Positions 11,901 through 26,218 of a stretch of DNA of 64,000 nt are shown here, piece by piece. The DNA is taken from assembly GCF_006345805.1 (NCBI RefSeq), contig NC_043006.1:4650001-4714000 (forward strand). Reading direction: 5' to 3'. The notes under the pieces are model-generated. The model did not search any database and had not been told where the DNA came from. It saw only the letters and a program-made list of their open reading frames with translations. The stretch is from Octopus sinensis. Its lineage: Eukaryota. The position numbers and the translations under genes are program-made. Position 1 is the first letter of the stretch; each line of letters starts with the position of its first letter.

Positions 11901-14900
11901 CTGTTGACACGGGCTTACACTTATTGTCAATTCCCCTTATACTGCATTGATATTCCTCACACTTACCATTGTGTTGTTGCCTTTATTGAACTGATAAAGC
12001 AAAATATGCCAAATATGCTCCTTTGTCACTTCCATTACAGCTTTGAAAAAATAACTGTTAAAATCGAACTGCACTCTTCAAAACTTGCACTAAGAATAAG
12101 GACAAGGTAAAATTATGACCTGCTTTTATAGCAAGTTGATGCAGGTAGTTTATCCTGTCCCCTCTGACTTTTAGTTCATGCAATTGAAAAAAACTGCATT
12201 ATTTATAGGATGACTCAATATGTATGAATATATTGAAAATAAGGAGAATGAAGAATTCAAACATTCAAACTTTAAGTATATTTCCAGTTAGTATGATAGT
12301 CAGACAGATGTTTCGATTACACCAATTGCATATTGTTGCAATTGAAACATGTGTTGGACTATTATAATAACTGGAAATAAACTTTAGCAGTCGATGAGCG
12401 CTAACAGTATATTACCAAAAAATGCACCATCAAAAGGAACCAGCCTTGACATTTTACTCAGAGAAACTTGGTAGCTGCCTGGATATCCCACCTCAGGCTA
12501 TATATATATATATATACCCATTATAGAGTTAATACCCAACTGCAAAATACTTTATATTCATGTTTCTTGTCAGTTAAGGGATTGACTGAAATAACCTTTA
12601 ATTTAATTCTTTATATATGGCAAACATTCATTCACCACTATTGTAAAATCTCAGTTGTATCACTAGAATCTATCTTTTATCTTGTTAACCTTAATAATGG
12701 TGGATTTGAAATGAAGATGCTGAAAGGTAGGAAGTAGTGAAATTGTTTGTTGATGTTCAAGAAGTGCCGACATTTAACTCTACATCTAACATGGTAGATG
12801 GTATTACCATTTTATGTGTTGTACTGCTTAATTGGCAGGAATTTTATGACATTTTGTGTTTTGTGTGTAACTTTCTTTGGGAAATGTTACTCATGAAGAA
12901 AAGTCTTTGTTACATTGTGTCACCAGAAATCGTTATGGAGGATCCCACAACTTGATGTTATATTTATTTTAGCAACAACAATTCTGATCACAGAATGGAG
13001 AACCAAGTATCGGCGCAACATGAATCTCAAAGACAATGAAGCCAACACCAAAGCAGTGGATTCTTTAATCAATTTTGAAACGGTTTGGCAGTTTCTCTAT
13101 TCTGTATTTGTTTCTTGCAGTTCTGATAAATTATGGTAATGATGATCATATTGGAATTTACTATGAATTGAGAGAGGGCAGGAACTACAATTAATTCCTT
13201 ACTTCAGTACTGTTCCATGTATTTAGTTTGGAAGGGAATAAGATTGTGTAAACAATCTTTCTCATAAAGTGTGACCAAATTAAGGGTTCAGTCAGAGATC
13301 AAAACTAATTTGATATTTATCAAACCAGTGATAATACTATAATTAGCAGTTGGCTAATTATAGTATTTTGTAATAAAACATTTTTCATTTGAGAACCAAG
13401 GAAACTGACAGAATGTTGATAATTAATTATGCAAATGTAACTTAAATATTTAAAAAAAAAATTAGTATTTTGTAATATTGCTTTCATCTTCTTAAATCTG
13501 GCTTCATTAAGTATATTAATTTATAATTAGCATATTAATATATACAGAGTGTCCGCAAAAAATGTATGCAAAAATTAAGTGATTATAAAGTCAGTGTTTA
13601 TTAAAATACATTCTATTTTCAAAATTTGATGTATCTAGTGACAGAACTTAATTTTCTTTTGAATACCTGTTTTCAAACTGATGACTGTTCTGGCCCTGGC
13701 ACTGCTGATAACATGAAACAATGGAACTGCAATCAGGAAGAAACATTTTGTTTGGAATTTGCGTGCATTCTTGTTCAATGTCTGCTCTCAGTTCATTGAT
13801 CGTGGCTGGGTTTTGTTCACTTTAAGTATCCCCATAAAAAGTGTCCAGTGGTGTGTGGTCCAGTGAATGGAAAAGGTTTCCTACTGAAACTCCTATGTCC
13901 AATCAACCTGTCTGGCAAAATCTCATCAAGGTAGGCCTTTTGCATTACTATGGTTGTGTGGGGATACACCATCTGACTGGAAATAAAACTCCACATTTTC
14001 AAACCCTTCTTCAATGCTTGTCACAGCAAGTTCAAGTAAATGAGAACGGTCAAAAAAGAATGGGTGAATTAATCCAATGACACCACTTCAAAATGCGATG
14101 GATGCTTGATTTTGAAATTTTTACCTCCTGACTCAATTCCTGAATTTTGGCAATATGTTCCTCGTACCTTTTCTTGCTTTGTGGGGCTCTTTAATAATAA
14201 TAATAATGAAATTATTGTATACAGTGCTCAGGTGCACCACAACCTGTCAGAGTATATGCAGTAATGTACAAATGTCTGGGAAGTGAACAGTGTATGAGTC
14301 AGATACATGCTTGTGTGTGTATGGAGGGGAGAAAATCAGGTGTAGTGTTGGCGAATCTCAGAAAGCATGGAAGTTTTGAAGGATGCAGTGCTCCGACAAC
14401 TAACAACTGATGCCAGCAGTTTGTTCCATGCTTCAGAAACTCTCAGCGTGAAAAAATGTTTCCGAAAGTCATGGGAGCTGTGCTGTTTTCTGACTTTGTA
14501 AACATGTCCACGGGTGTTAGACAGGTGGAGTTTGAAAAGGTGCTCAGAGTTATTGTTCGTAAGATGGTTAATAATTTTATGGGTGTCTGCCAAGTCAGCT
14601 GCCAGACGTCGGAGTTTCAATGTGTCCATGCCCAGGGAAGTAATATCTGCTGCCTTCTGGAATGTTTCTTGTGGATGTTCCAAATAGCTCCATCTGCTTT
14701 AGGCTTGTTTTCAACTCATCTGGTGGTGTGCTGTGTAATGGATCTGCTTGAATTTCCCTCCTCAACTGTCTTTGCACTTCAACTACATTTTCAGACTTCC
14801 AGTAAACACTTTAAGATAAATTTAAGAGAAAATTTATCTTTGGTCAAAGCTTAGTCTGGCCCCTTTCATCATTTCTAAAGGGTTAAATCTAAAAAGAAAA

Positions 14901-17900
14901 GAAAATTAAGTTAACTGCTGTTAAAGTGTGTATACATGTTTTGGGACACCCTGTATACACTTTCATATATATATATATATGTAAATGTAAATGTAATATG
15001 TGACAATTATTCGGTAGCCATGATAAAACTCCAAGTTTCAGATGTTGGGGTGGAAATCCACACCACCATCTCTTCAGTTATCCAGCATCGGAAAAAATGC
15101 TATGAAAATGACCGTTATACAAAGGTAAATTACTGTGTGATTGACCGTTATTAAGACAAAAGAGCTATTTGAGTGACTGCGCTTTTGTCTTAATAACGGT
15201 CAATCACACAGTAATTTACCTTTGTATAACGGTCATTTTCATAGCATTTTTTCCGATGGCCAGATAACTGAAGAGATGGTGGTGTGAATTTCCACCTCGG
15301 CATCCGAAACTCAGAGTTTTATCATGGCTACCAGATAATTGTCACATATTATATTTACAGATAATTACCTCTATTTACATAATATCGAGGTCTCTGTCAT
15401 TCTTTTGTTGTCTTACCAATTTTATCAATAAATATGTATATATAAACATTAAATATCATTATAGTATTAACATTAATATATATATTTTTTCTTTAAAGGT
15501 GAAGTATTATAATGCTTCTCAGCTGGAAGTAAACCGATACCAGGGAGCTATTGTCGAATATCAAGTGAGTTGGATATTTTTTATATTTGTTTTGATAATC
15601 GCCATTCCTTTTAAACATTTGATATATTTAAGAAAATTTTCCAGGAAATATTGTTGTTTCGAAAGCAGATAGTTTTATAGTTCTTAAATTGATGTTTTGT
15701 ATGTTCCAGCTAGAAACTTAAAGAATATTATACCTTAAATGCATCAAAGGATATGTGTAGGAGGGATGACAGCGCTGATCTGGTCTTATTAAGGGAATGG
15801 GTAATGAATGCTTGGTGAAAATATTATATTGTGTACTGTCAGTGGAGGTTAACCATGGAGACAGAAGATCAAGGAAGATGTAGGGATAAGTAATCTGGCA
15901 GATATTGGGAGATGGAATCATTATAGATAAAAGGATTAAACACTCAAGTGAAAATGTATTAGTATCATCATCATCATCATTGTTTAATGTCCGCTTTACA
16001 TCCTAGCATGGGTTGGACAATTTTGACTGAGAGCTGGCAAACCAGATGGCTGCACCAGGCTCCAATCTGGATCTGGCAGAGTTTCTACAGCTGGATGCCC
16101 TTCCTAACGCCAATCACTCAGAGAGTGTAGTGGGTGCTTTTACGTGCCACCGGCATGGGGCCAGTCAGGCGGCACTGGCAGGTTATGATAATGATTATTT
16201 TAAATTTGTGCTTATTTAATTGTATTTCATCATAATTACAGAATGTACATGAGTTATAAGATCAATTTTTCAAATATTATCGATCATCCTCTTTGACATT
16301 TTCATGAGTTTCTCCAGATTGGCATGTTTGGATTGATAGCAGATTGTCAACAATGTTAGTCTTTTGTCCTGTCTTCTGTGAAACCTTGTACTCTGAGATT
16401 TCATTTGACCACTTCTTCCCTTGTTTCCCCCAGGTTTCTTCCTCTACAGATGCTGCACACTAACAGCACACAATATTTCCTCATCCTCCTCTCAGTATTA
16501 CCAATTCATATCACATACATCTCTCATAGTCATTGTGCCTGGTGCATTTCTACTCAACCAGTCTCACAGCTCTGTATTTCCTTTCAGCCTAACAGCATCC
16601 ATTCATGCCCGTTTCATTGGTTTCTTATCGTCATAGATCTTCCATGTATTAAGCCTCCATGTCTTCACACCAAGTAACATTATTACCTCTGTCACACCAT
16701 ACTGCATACCATGTACTTTTTCAGATGAAGAGGGAAACCTTTTGTTCCTACCACAAGAAATAACTCCCTAAATGTCTTATACATCTTCCTTAATCTATCC
16801 TTCACTGCAGACCCTTCAGCATTATTTACATTGGTCAGTTAAATTGTGAGGTATCAAATGACATGCAATAAATCGCTTTAGGGAAATTTCCTTTCTCAAG
16901 AAATTAAGAACATATTTCACAAGTCTGGTCTGGTCTCTGTTTGCAGCCAAGGGACAATGATAAATGTTTTGGTCTGTAAGACTCCATCAGCATAGTATAT
17001 CGAAATCAAACTCGGTGACTGGCATCTGTTGCTAGTGGAGCTCTAAGAGTACCATACGAGTGAGATCGTTGCCAGAGCAACAAGCTGGCCTTCGTGTCGA
17101 TGGCACGTTAAACACACCATTTGAGCGTGATCATTACCGCGTCGCCTTACTAGCACTTGTGCTGGTGGCACGTGAAACATTTGAGCGAGGTCTTCGCCAG
17201 TGCCACTGGACCGGCTCCTGTGCAGGTGGCACATAAAAAGCACCATCTGGGCGTGGCCGTTGCCAGTACCACCAAACTGGCCCTCGTGCTGGTGGCACGT
17301 AAAAGCACCCACTGCACTCTCGGAGTGGTTGGCGTTAGGAAGGGCATCCAGCTGTAGAAACTCTGCCAGATCAGACTGGAGTCTGGTTTGCCAGACCTCA
17401 GTCAAATCGTTCAACCCATGCTAGCATGGAAAGCGGATGTTAAACGTTGATGATGATGATGATGAAATAAAACAGCTGCCTGATTCATATCAAATACATT
17501 TTAATGTAGTTTAAGAATAAAACATTTTAAGAAACTCTGTTTAAATCTTGACTTGTTTGTATTTGCAGAAAGCTGAATGGTTGTCTACTGCCAGCCTGAA
17601 CTTGTTAAACACACTGCAAAGTTTCGTCATTGCAATAGGTTTACTTGGTGGCTGTATGTTATGTGCTTGGGCAGTAGTCCATGGGTTAAATGGCCTGAAG
17701 CTCACTTCAGGGGATTATGTTCTGTTTGGTACTTACATTATACAGCTCTTTGCTCCATTAAATTGGTTGGGAACTTATTACAGGTAAGCTAATTGTTAAT
17801 ATTTCTGAAACTTTATTAATTTTATTTTAAAATGATTCACTAATTTTCTTACATAGAAACTTATGCCTTCGTATTTGGACATTTGCTGTAAGCATCAAGG

Positions 17901-19906
17901 CACATCAGATGTCTATAGAATGATTAAATGATTGTTCCTTTTTGTTTTAAAATAGAATGATCCAGCAGTCTTTCATTGATATGGAGAATATGTTTGACTT
18001 GATTAATGAAGAAGAAGAGGTAAGAATAACAATTATTTCTAAATTAGTGACAGCTTTAACCCTCTCGTTACTGTATTTATTTTGAGGTGCTCTGTGTTGC
18101 TTTCAATTACTTTAAATACGACAAAGAATTCAATAAAATAACTTTGTAATCATTCAGCTAGTGTTAGGAACATAAGTTGTGACTAAGGATTAGTGGAAGA
18201 TTTTGATTCAAAACTTATGAAAACAAAACATTTGTACTCAGAGCCAGAGCCGGTTTCAGTCGGGTTGGTAACGAAAAGGTTAATGCAAGTTATCTATAAG
18301 GATTTAGCATGAAAGTTCTTGTTCATGAAAGTTGGCTGTAAATTTTACTTCTGAACCTGTTGTTTATTTCATTACTTAGCTAAATATTTATTAAAGAATC
18401 CGTTAAATATATCCCAAATAGCATGAACTCTAAAGAGTTTGAAATGGAAAGTTTTGAGCGTATATGTAAATTACATAGACATACAACAAAGATATTTCTG
18501 TTTAGTTTGGAGAATAAAACTAGCATTGGATGAATTGGTGATTTTAGTATTTTAATCACTAATACACTACAAGATCATGCTTTCATCATCATCATCATTA
18601 TTTAGCGTCCACTTTCCATGCTGTCATGGGTTGGACGGTTCAACTGGGGTCTGGGAAGCCAGAAGGCTGCACCAGGCCCAGTTTGATCTGGCAATGTTTC
18701 TACGGCTGGATGCCCTTCCTAACACCAACCACTCCATGAGTGTAGTGGGTGCTTTTCACGTGCCAGACGAGTCTGGCAAATGACCACGATCGGATGGTGC
18801 TTTTTATGTGCCACCAGCACGAGGCCAGTCGGGGCGGCGCTGGCAATGGCCACGAACGGATGGTGCTTTTTATGTGCCACCGGCACGAGGCCAGTCGGGG
18901 CGGCGCGCTGGCAACGGCCACGTTCGGATGGTTCTCTTACATTCCACCGGCACTGGTAACTCAGCTGCAATTTCCATTGATCGATTTTGATTCTGATTCT
19001 GATGTACATACTAATAATGTACATCCATGAAGCGATGACATTCACTATTAAATTCCCACCAGACTCACTTCTAAATTTTCACCAGAGTAGTTATTGTTAT
19101 GGAATGATTCTGAATGTACAATGCTTGAGAAAAAGTTTTGTGGAATTCTTTGATGCAGTTATTTAGAAATAAATTTTTCCATTGATTTCAGGTTTCTGAT
19201 ATTCCTGGTGCCAAAGATCTGCAACTGAAAGAAGGCAAAATTGAGTTTAGAAACGTCCAGTTTCATTATGAGATTGCGTAAGTATTTTCAAATGAATTTT
19301 CTTTTTTTTCATGTACCATTTATGGTGTGGCCAGTTAATGGTTAGAGAGAATAATAACAGTTTAAGATGTGTACAAAGTAATCCTTGGGGATTCTTAAAT
19401 ATTGTGTCCTGTCTTTTACAGGATCTATGCTTTAGCATCATAACAACTTCTTTATATTTTACAGCAATTAGAGATGGTTTGTTATATTGACATCTGTCAT
19501 TGCATGTATAATTGGTCCTGTAAAACAAGAGGGAGAGGAAAGGATTTTTTTTTGTCTAGTTTTCACTTATCTCCTTATTAAGGTCATATAAATTTGTCTA
19601 TCACACATTTCCTTATGGGTGATGATATATACATCATATATATATATATATATATATATACAAAATAAGAAAATGGAGAAATACATCAAAATCAAATATC
19701 AATTACCAGATAATACTCAATCACATACTTTATTAAACCACCACATAAGAAACTATAAGGTTAAACATAATAATGTAGAGCAAAACAGTGTACATAAAGG
19801 AGTGTACATAAAAGAGTAATGTTATACAATAAGTAGAGTATGTATAAGAGAATATAAATATAAGTAAATATAAATATAGACTGCATTTACAACCCCTATC
19901 TCAATT

Positions 19907-19945
<39 letters not shown>

Positions 19946-22900
19946 CTGTCACAATTCCTCTATGTGTATTATATCATTGTATTATATACGTGTGTATGTT
20001 ATTTATATAATTAACGTATATTAATTGTTTTTAATGTTATCTTTTCTTCTGTTGATTTAATCAAAGAAGCAATCCAGTTGATGTTTCACTCCCAAACAAG
20101 TCATGTTTACCTACTTTACACATTTTCTTTGTTATCTGATAGAAACTGTGGCTGTTAATTAACATTAACGTTAATTGCTGGAATGTATTTTGCAATTTGT
20201 TTCAGACGACCCATTCTGAAAAATATTTCTTTTACTGTTTTGCCTGGACAAACATTTGCTTTGGTAAGTTGTTTCCTTAAATTTACCGTTAATAATCTTG
20301 TTATAATGAGGCATCAATGAGAAGATAGCTTTTTTTCTGTCTTAGAAATTCCTGTAATATCTTATGTTTTGAGGGTGTGTGAATGTGTGTTATTTTGCAG
20401 GAGCTTTTCAAGTTACATTTTTGAATTGTCTCTTATTAATTTTCAATTAAGAGGAAAAGATGGTAATATTGCTGATGGTTGTGGTGGTTATAGAGAAACC
20501 GGAGTGCCACAAACTCCTAGTTTCTTCATTGTGACATTTGTTTGTCAGTATGTTAGGGTTTTGGTGCTGAGATCAAACAATAGGATCTATAATATACTCA
20601 CATTTGTAACAGATACCAACAAGTACTAAATACAAATCCCCTAGGATGTGGCTTCTGATTTCTCTGTCTGCTCATATTATGGATGATGATAATGAGAATT
20701 TTAAAATGGTTATCTTTAACGAATCTTTTAAAGGTTGGTCAGACAGGAAGTGGAAAGAGTACAATTGTGAGACTTTTGTTTCGGTTCTACGACATTCAAG
20801 GGGGCAGCATTCAAATTGATAATCAAGACATTTCTTTGGTAAGTGTTGAAGATTTTTTGTATTTTGCAAGACTTTCACTTATTTTGTTATTTCTTGTATT
20901 CCTCCCTTTTTTTTATCTTGATTCATTCACTGAACTGCAACCATCCTGGGGCCATTGCCTCAAAGGGTGTTTACTTGATCTCAGTATTTACTTTTAATTA
21001 CAGTACTTGTTATGTCAGTCTCTTATTCCTGAACTGCTAAGTTACAGGGACAAAAAGAAACCAACACTGGTTATCAGGTAGCAAACATAAACACACACAC
21101 TGTGTAGATGTTTTGGTAAGTGTTGCCTTTGGGGAGATTTGTTTCTGTCTGTGGAAAACAGGATATCTGAAGTGTGATGCTTTCATATTTGTAAGACAGA
21201 AGTACTGACCGGATTGAATATGATCCATTGGATGTTAATTAATTCAGTTAATCAAAGACGAAGGTGGAGCTGGGTATTAAATGCATCAAACTATGTTGTT
21301 GCATTTAATAACAGAAGCAGCTGCACTGCTGTGCCATGTGGTGCAACTGGATGGTACTGAGATGACAAAGTAGTCCATGGAAAGCATTGAAAGGAGTTGT
21401 GAGAATTAATATTGTGAAAATAAAAACTAGGAGTGGCTGTGTGGTAAGTAGCTTGCTAACCAACCACATGATTCCGGGTTCAGTCCCACTGCGTGGCATC
21501 TTGGGCAAGTGTCTTCTGCTATAGCCCCGGGCTGACCAATGCCTTGTGAGTGGATTTTGTAGATGGAAACTGAAAGAAGCCTGTCATATATATGTATATA
21601 TATATAAGTGTGTGTGTATATGTTTGTGTGTCTGTGTTTGTCCCCCCCAACATCATTTGACAACCGATGCTGGTGTGTTTACGTCCCCGTCACTTAGCGG
21701 TTCGGCAAAAGAGACCGATAGAATAAGTACTGGGCTTACAAAGAATAAGTCCTGGGGTCGATTTGCTTGACTAAAGGCGGTGCTCCAGCATGGCCGCAGT
21801 CAAATGACTGAAACAAGTAAAAGAGTAAAAGAGTAATTATAAGTAATCAGGATATTGTGTTACAGATTACTCAGAACATCCTGCTCCATTGTTGACTTGG
21901 CCACTTAGGTAATGAAATTCCTCTACTACTTCAAAGTATTCCCCCAGTCATTTCAGGGAGCCTATTTTTTGTACATTCCAAGGGTTTGGAATGTACAAAA
22001 TCTGATCTGGCAAAGTTTCTACAGCTTGATGCCCTTCCTAATGCCAACCACTCTGAGTGTGTAGTGGGTGCTTTTATGTGTTACCAGCACGAGGGCCAGT
22101 CAGGCGGTACTGGCATCGGCCATGCTCAAATGGTGCTTTTTACGTGCCACCTGCAGAGGAGCCAGTCCGGCAGCACTGGCAACGACCATGCTCGAATGGT
22201 GCTTTTTTTTACATGTCACTGGCACAGGAGCCAGTCAGTGGCCCTGGCAACGATCACGCTCAAATGGGGCTTTTAATGTACCACTGGCATGGGTGCCAAT
22301 CAGGTAGAACTGTTATCAGCCATCACAGTTATCTCACTTGCCTCAACAGGTCTTCGCAAGCATAGTTTATTGTCCAATGATTGAAGGGTATTCTTAAATG
22401 GGTTGGTTATACAGCACTGGCATAGGCCACAGTTATAGTCTCATTTAGCTTGCTGGGTCTTCTCAAGCACAGCATATCTCCAAAGGTCTTGGTCACTTGT
22501 CATTGCTCGGTGAGGCCCAATGTTTGAAGGTCGTACTTCATCACCTCATCCCAGGTCTTCCTGGATCTACCTCTTCTGCAGGTTCCATCAACTGTTAAAG
22601 TGTGACACTTTTTCACACGGCTGTCCTCATCTATTTGCAACACATGACCATACCAGCACAGTCGTCTCTTTTGTACACCACATCTGATGCTTCTTAGGTC
22701 CAACTTTTCTCTCAAGGTACTCACACTCTGTCGAGTATGCACACTGACATTACACATCCAGCGGAGCATACTGGCTTCGTTCCTTGCAAGCTTATGCATT
22801 TCCTCAGCAATCACAGCCTGTTTCACTGCCATGTAGCATAGCTGTTCGCACACATGCATCATACAGTCTACCTTTTACTCTGAGCAAGAGGCCCTTTGTC

Positions 22901-25900
22901 ACTAGCAGAGGTAGGACCTCTCTAAACTTTGTCCAGGCTATTCTTATTCTAGCAGTTACACTTTCAGAGCATCCACCCCCACTACTGACTTGGTCACCTA
23001 GGTAATGGAAGCTATCAATTACTTGTAGTTTTTCTCCTTGGAATGTGACGGAAGCTGTTCTCGGCATGTTTTCAGTGTTAATTGCCACTGAGCATTTGCC
23101 ACACACAAAACCTATCTTCCCAGTTAGCCTTCCTTTGATATTGCTGCACCTCTTATGTGTCCATAGCTTACACTGGGCACATCTTATGGCGTTTCTACCT
23201 ATGCCTTTTCTACAGATCGAGCTGGGCCATCTACCTGAAGGGATTTGTGATTTGTCTGCCTTCCTACTTATTAGGACTTTGGTTTTAGCTAGGTTGACTC
23301 TAAGGCCCTTTGATTCTAGTCCTTGCTTCCACATCCGAAACTTCTCTAGTTCTGATAGTGACTCGGCTATTAGAGCAAGGTCATCAGCATAGAGAAGCTC
23401 CCAGGGCTATCCTGTCTTGAATTCCTCCGTTATTGCCTGGAGGACTATGATGAATAAGAGGGGGCTGAGGACTGATCCTTGGTGGACACCTATCCCTACC
23501 CAGAATTCTTCACTGTACTCGTTGCCAACCCTCACCTTACTAACGGCATCCCTGTACATGGCTTGCACAGCTCTCACTAACCATTCATCTATCCCTAGTT
23601 TCCTCATTGACCATCAGATAAAGGATCGGGGGACCCTGTCAAAGGCTTTCTTCATGTCAACGAAAGCCAGGTACAGAGGTTTATCTTTGGCTAGGTATTT
23701 CTCCTGCAGCTGTCTCACCAGAAATATGGCATCACTGGTGCTTTTCCCTGGCACGAAACCAAACTGTGTCTCATCTAAACTGACTCTCTCCCTAATTAGT
23801 TGGGCTATGACCCTCTCCATTACTTTCATTGCCTGATCCAACAACTTGATACCTCTGTAATTATTTGTATATAAAGCGTCACCTTTTCCTTTGTAGCAGT
23901 TGACTATAGTGCTGCTACACCAGTCATTGGGGTATGACTGCTTCATGTATCATTTGGTTGACTATATGGGTGACTAGACTATAGACTGACACTGCCAGAT
24001 ATTTTAAGCATTTCTGCGGTGATTCCTGATGGGCTGGGGGATTTCCCTGTCTTCATACCCTGAATTGCTTTATCTACCAAGGTACTGTCAATTTGGATAG
24101 CTGGTCCTTCTGCTGGGTTGACATTTGGCTGACTCTTTCTCCCATTCAGTCTCTTCATTTACCAACCTTTCATAGTGGTGTCTCCAAGTCTCTCTCCTTA
24201 AATTAAAGTGAACCATCATCCATGCGAACACATTTCCTTCCTATGACATCACAATTCTCTCTCATGCCTTGTCTTGCAACATGAACCACCTCAAGTCTTT
24301 GGTTTTCATGACAGAACATTGGCAAATTTTTTCTTATCTGCTTCCCCTCTGGCTAAGTAAACCTGTCTCCTAGCTTCCTTTCTGGCAGTCTGATACAATT
24401 CCCTACTATCACCGTTCTTCCAGTCCTTCCAAGCCTGTTTCTTTTCCCTAATGGCCCTATCAACTACATTGTTCCACCACCATGTTACTTTGGGTCGAGA
24501 GGGACTTTGCACCATCCACAGATCTGGTCAGTGGCCCTCAACTGGTTGTCCCATAGAAACCTCCAGTTGTCTTCTACATCATATGATGCTATATCCCTCT
24601 CTATTTCATCAAAAGCTTCGAGTAATATGTCTCTAAATCTTTGTCCATTCACAGGATCCTTAAGCTTCCAGACCCTTCTCATCCATGCTGGTCGTCTTCT
24701 GGGCATCCATTTAGCCCTGATCCTGAAGTCGCTAACCACTAATCTATGTTGTGGGGGTGCATTCTTCGCTTGGGAAGGTTTTGGCATTTATAAGCAGCCA
24801 TCTTTCCCATTTCCTGGTGAGGATGTAGTCAGTTTGACTAGTGTGTCTACCAGATCGGTAGGTGACTGGCTGGTTTCCTGACGTTAGTGTTACAAACAAT
24901 AAGATCATTTACATCACAGAACTCCAGCAGCTTGGTTCCCTCCTCATTGCGGGAACCAAAACCCTAGCCTCCATGTATGCCACAGAAGCCCCCTGCAGTG
25001 CACAAGCGCTTTTACATACATGATGATATTTGTATATCTTTATATATAAAAGTGAGGTTGTGTGCTGTCAGTCTCCTACGATTTAGATTCCTAACTACTC
25101 CCACATTTTGCGGTGCAGTTTAACCAAAACCAGGTATCTTATAGTCGTGATTCATATCGAGCCCTTCTGGGTATTAGCGCGCGTCTACGATGAGTCTACG
25201 ATTTAAAAAAAAAATTACCATCAATTTTTCCCATTTTTAATGCATTTTTGGCATATATAAGGGAAGTAACTCTCTAAAAATTTATTATTAAATCTCAGAA
25301 CGTAAAAAGCTACAGTAACACCCCCCCCCCTTGTGGTTAGCCATATTGAGATGGCTATTATACTTTACATCTCTAAAAATGCTTATATAATTTCCCTTAC
25401 AAACCCGAGCAACGCCGGGCGATACTGCTAGTATTATATGAAAACCTAAACAAATTATATAGAAAACCTATTGATTTTTTGTTGCAAGTTAAATTAAAAT
25501 TTTTTTGGTTTTAGTTTTGAATGTAAATTTGGAAATTAATTCCATAATCACAATTTATTGATTTCCATAAAATCACAGTTTCTTTGTTATTTTTTGTCTG
25601 TTTTTAGGTTACTCAAAGTTCACTTCGCCAATATATTGGTGTGGTACCCCAAGACACTGTCCTTTTCAATGATGACATCAGGTGAAATATTATATTTTAT
25701 CAAAAGACCTAATTAAATATATTACTTTAATTGGTCTTTGCTAACATATTTTCTAGGATCTCTAGCATTTGATTTAAGACTATTTCTTTACTTTTTAAGT
25801 AAACTTGATAAAACTAGTTTGATAAAGAAAATTTTGTTTCACAATTGAATTCATCAAACTATAAAAGACTTTGCCAGACCCCTGAGTTTTGGGGATGTAA

Positions 25901-26186
25901 GCACAACACTGGATGAAGCAACATCACAAAGACACACACACACACATATACATACATATATATATATATATATATAATATGTATATATATCCCTCTCTCT
26001 CTCTCGGAGAGGCACAAGCACCTACACATACGGCAGTAACTTCTGCCTACCAAATTCAATCATAAAGCTTCAGTCGGCCTGGAGCTATAGCAGAAGACAC
26101 TTGCCCAAAGTGCCATGCGGTGGGACTGAACCCGAAACCATGTAGCTAGGAAGCAAGCTTCCTAACCACACAGCCATGCCCCCCCC

Positions 26187-26218
<32 letters not shown>

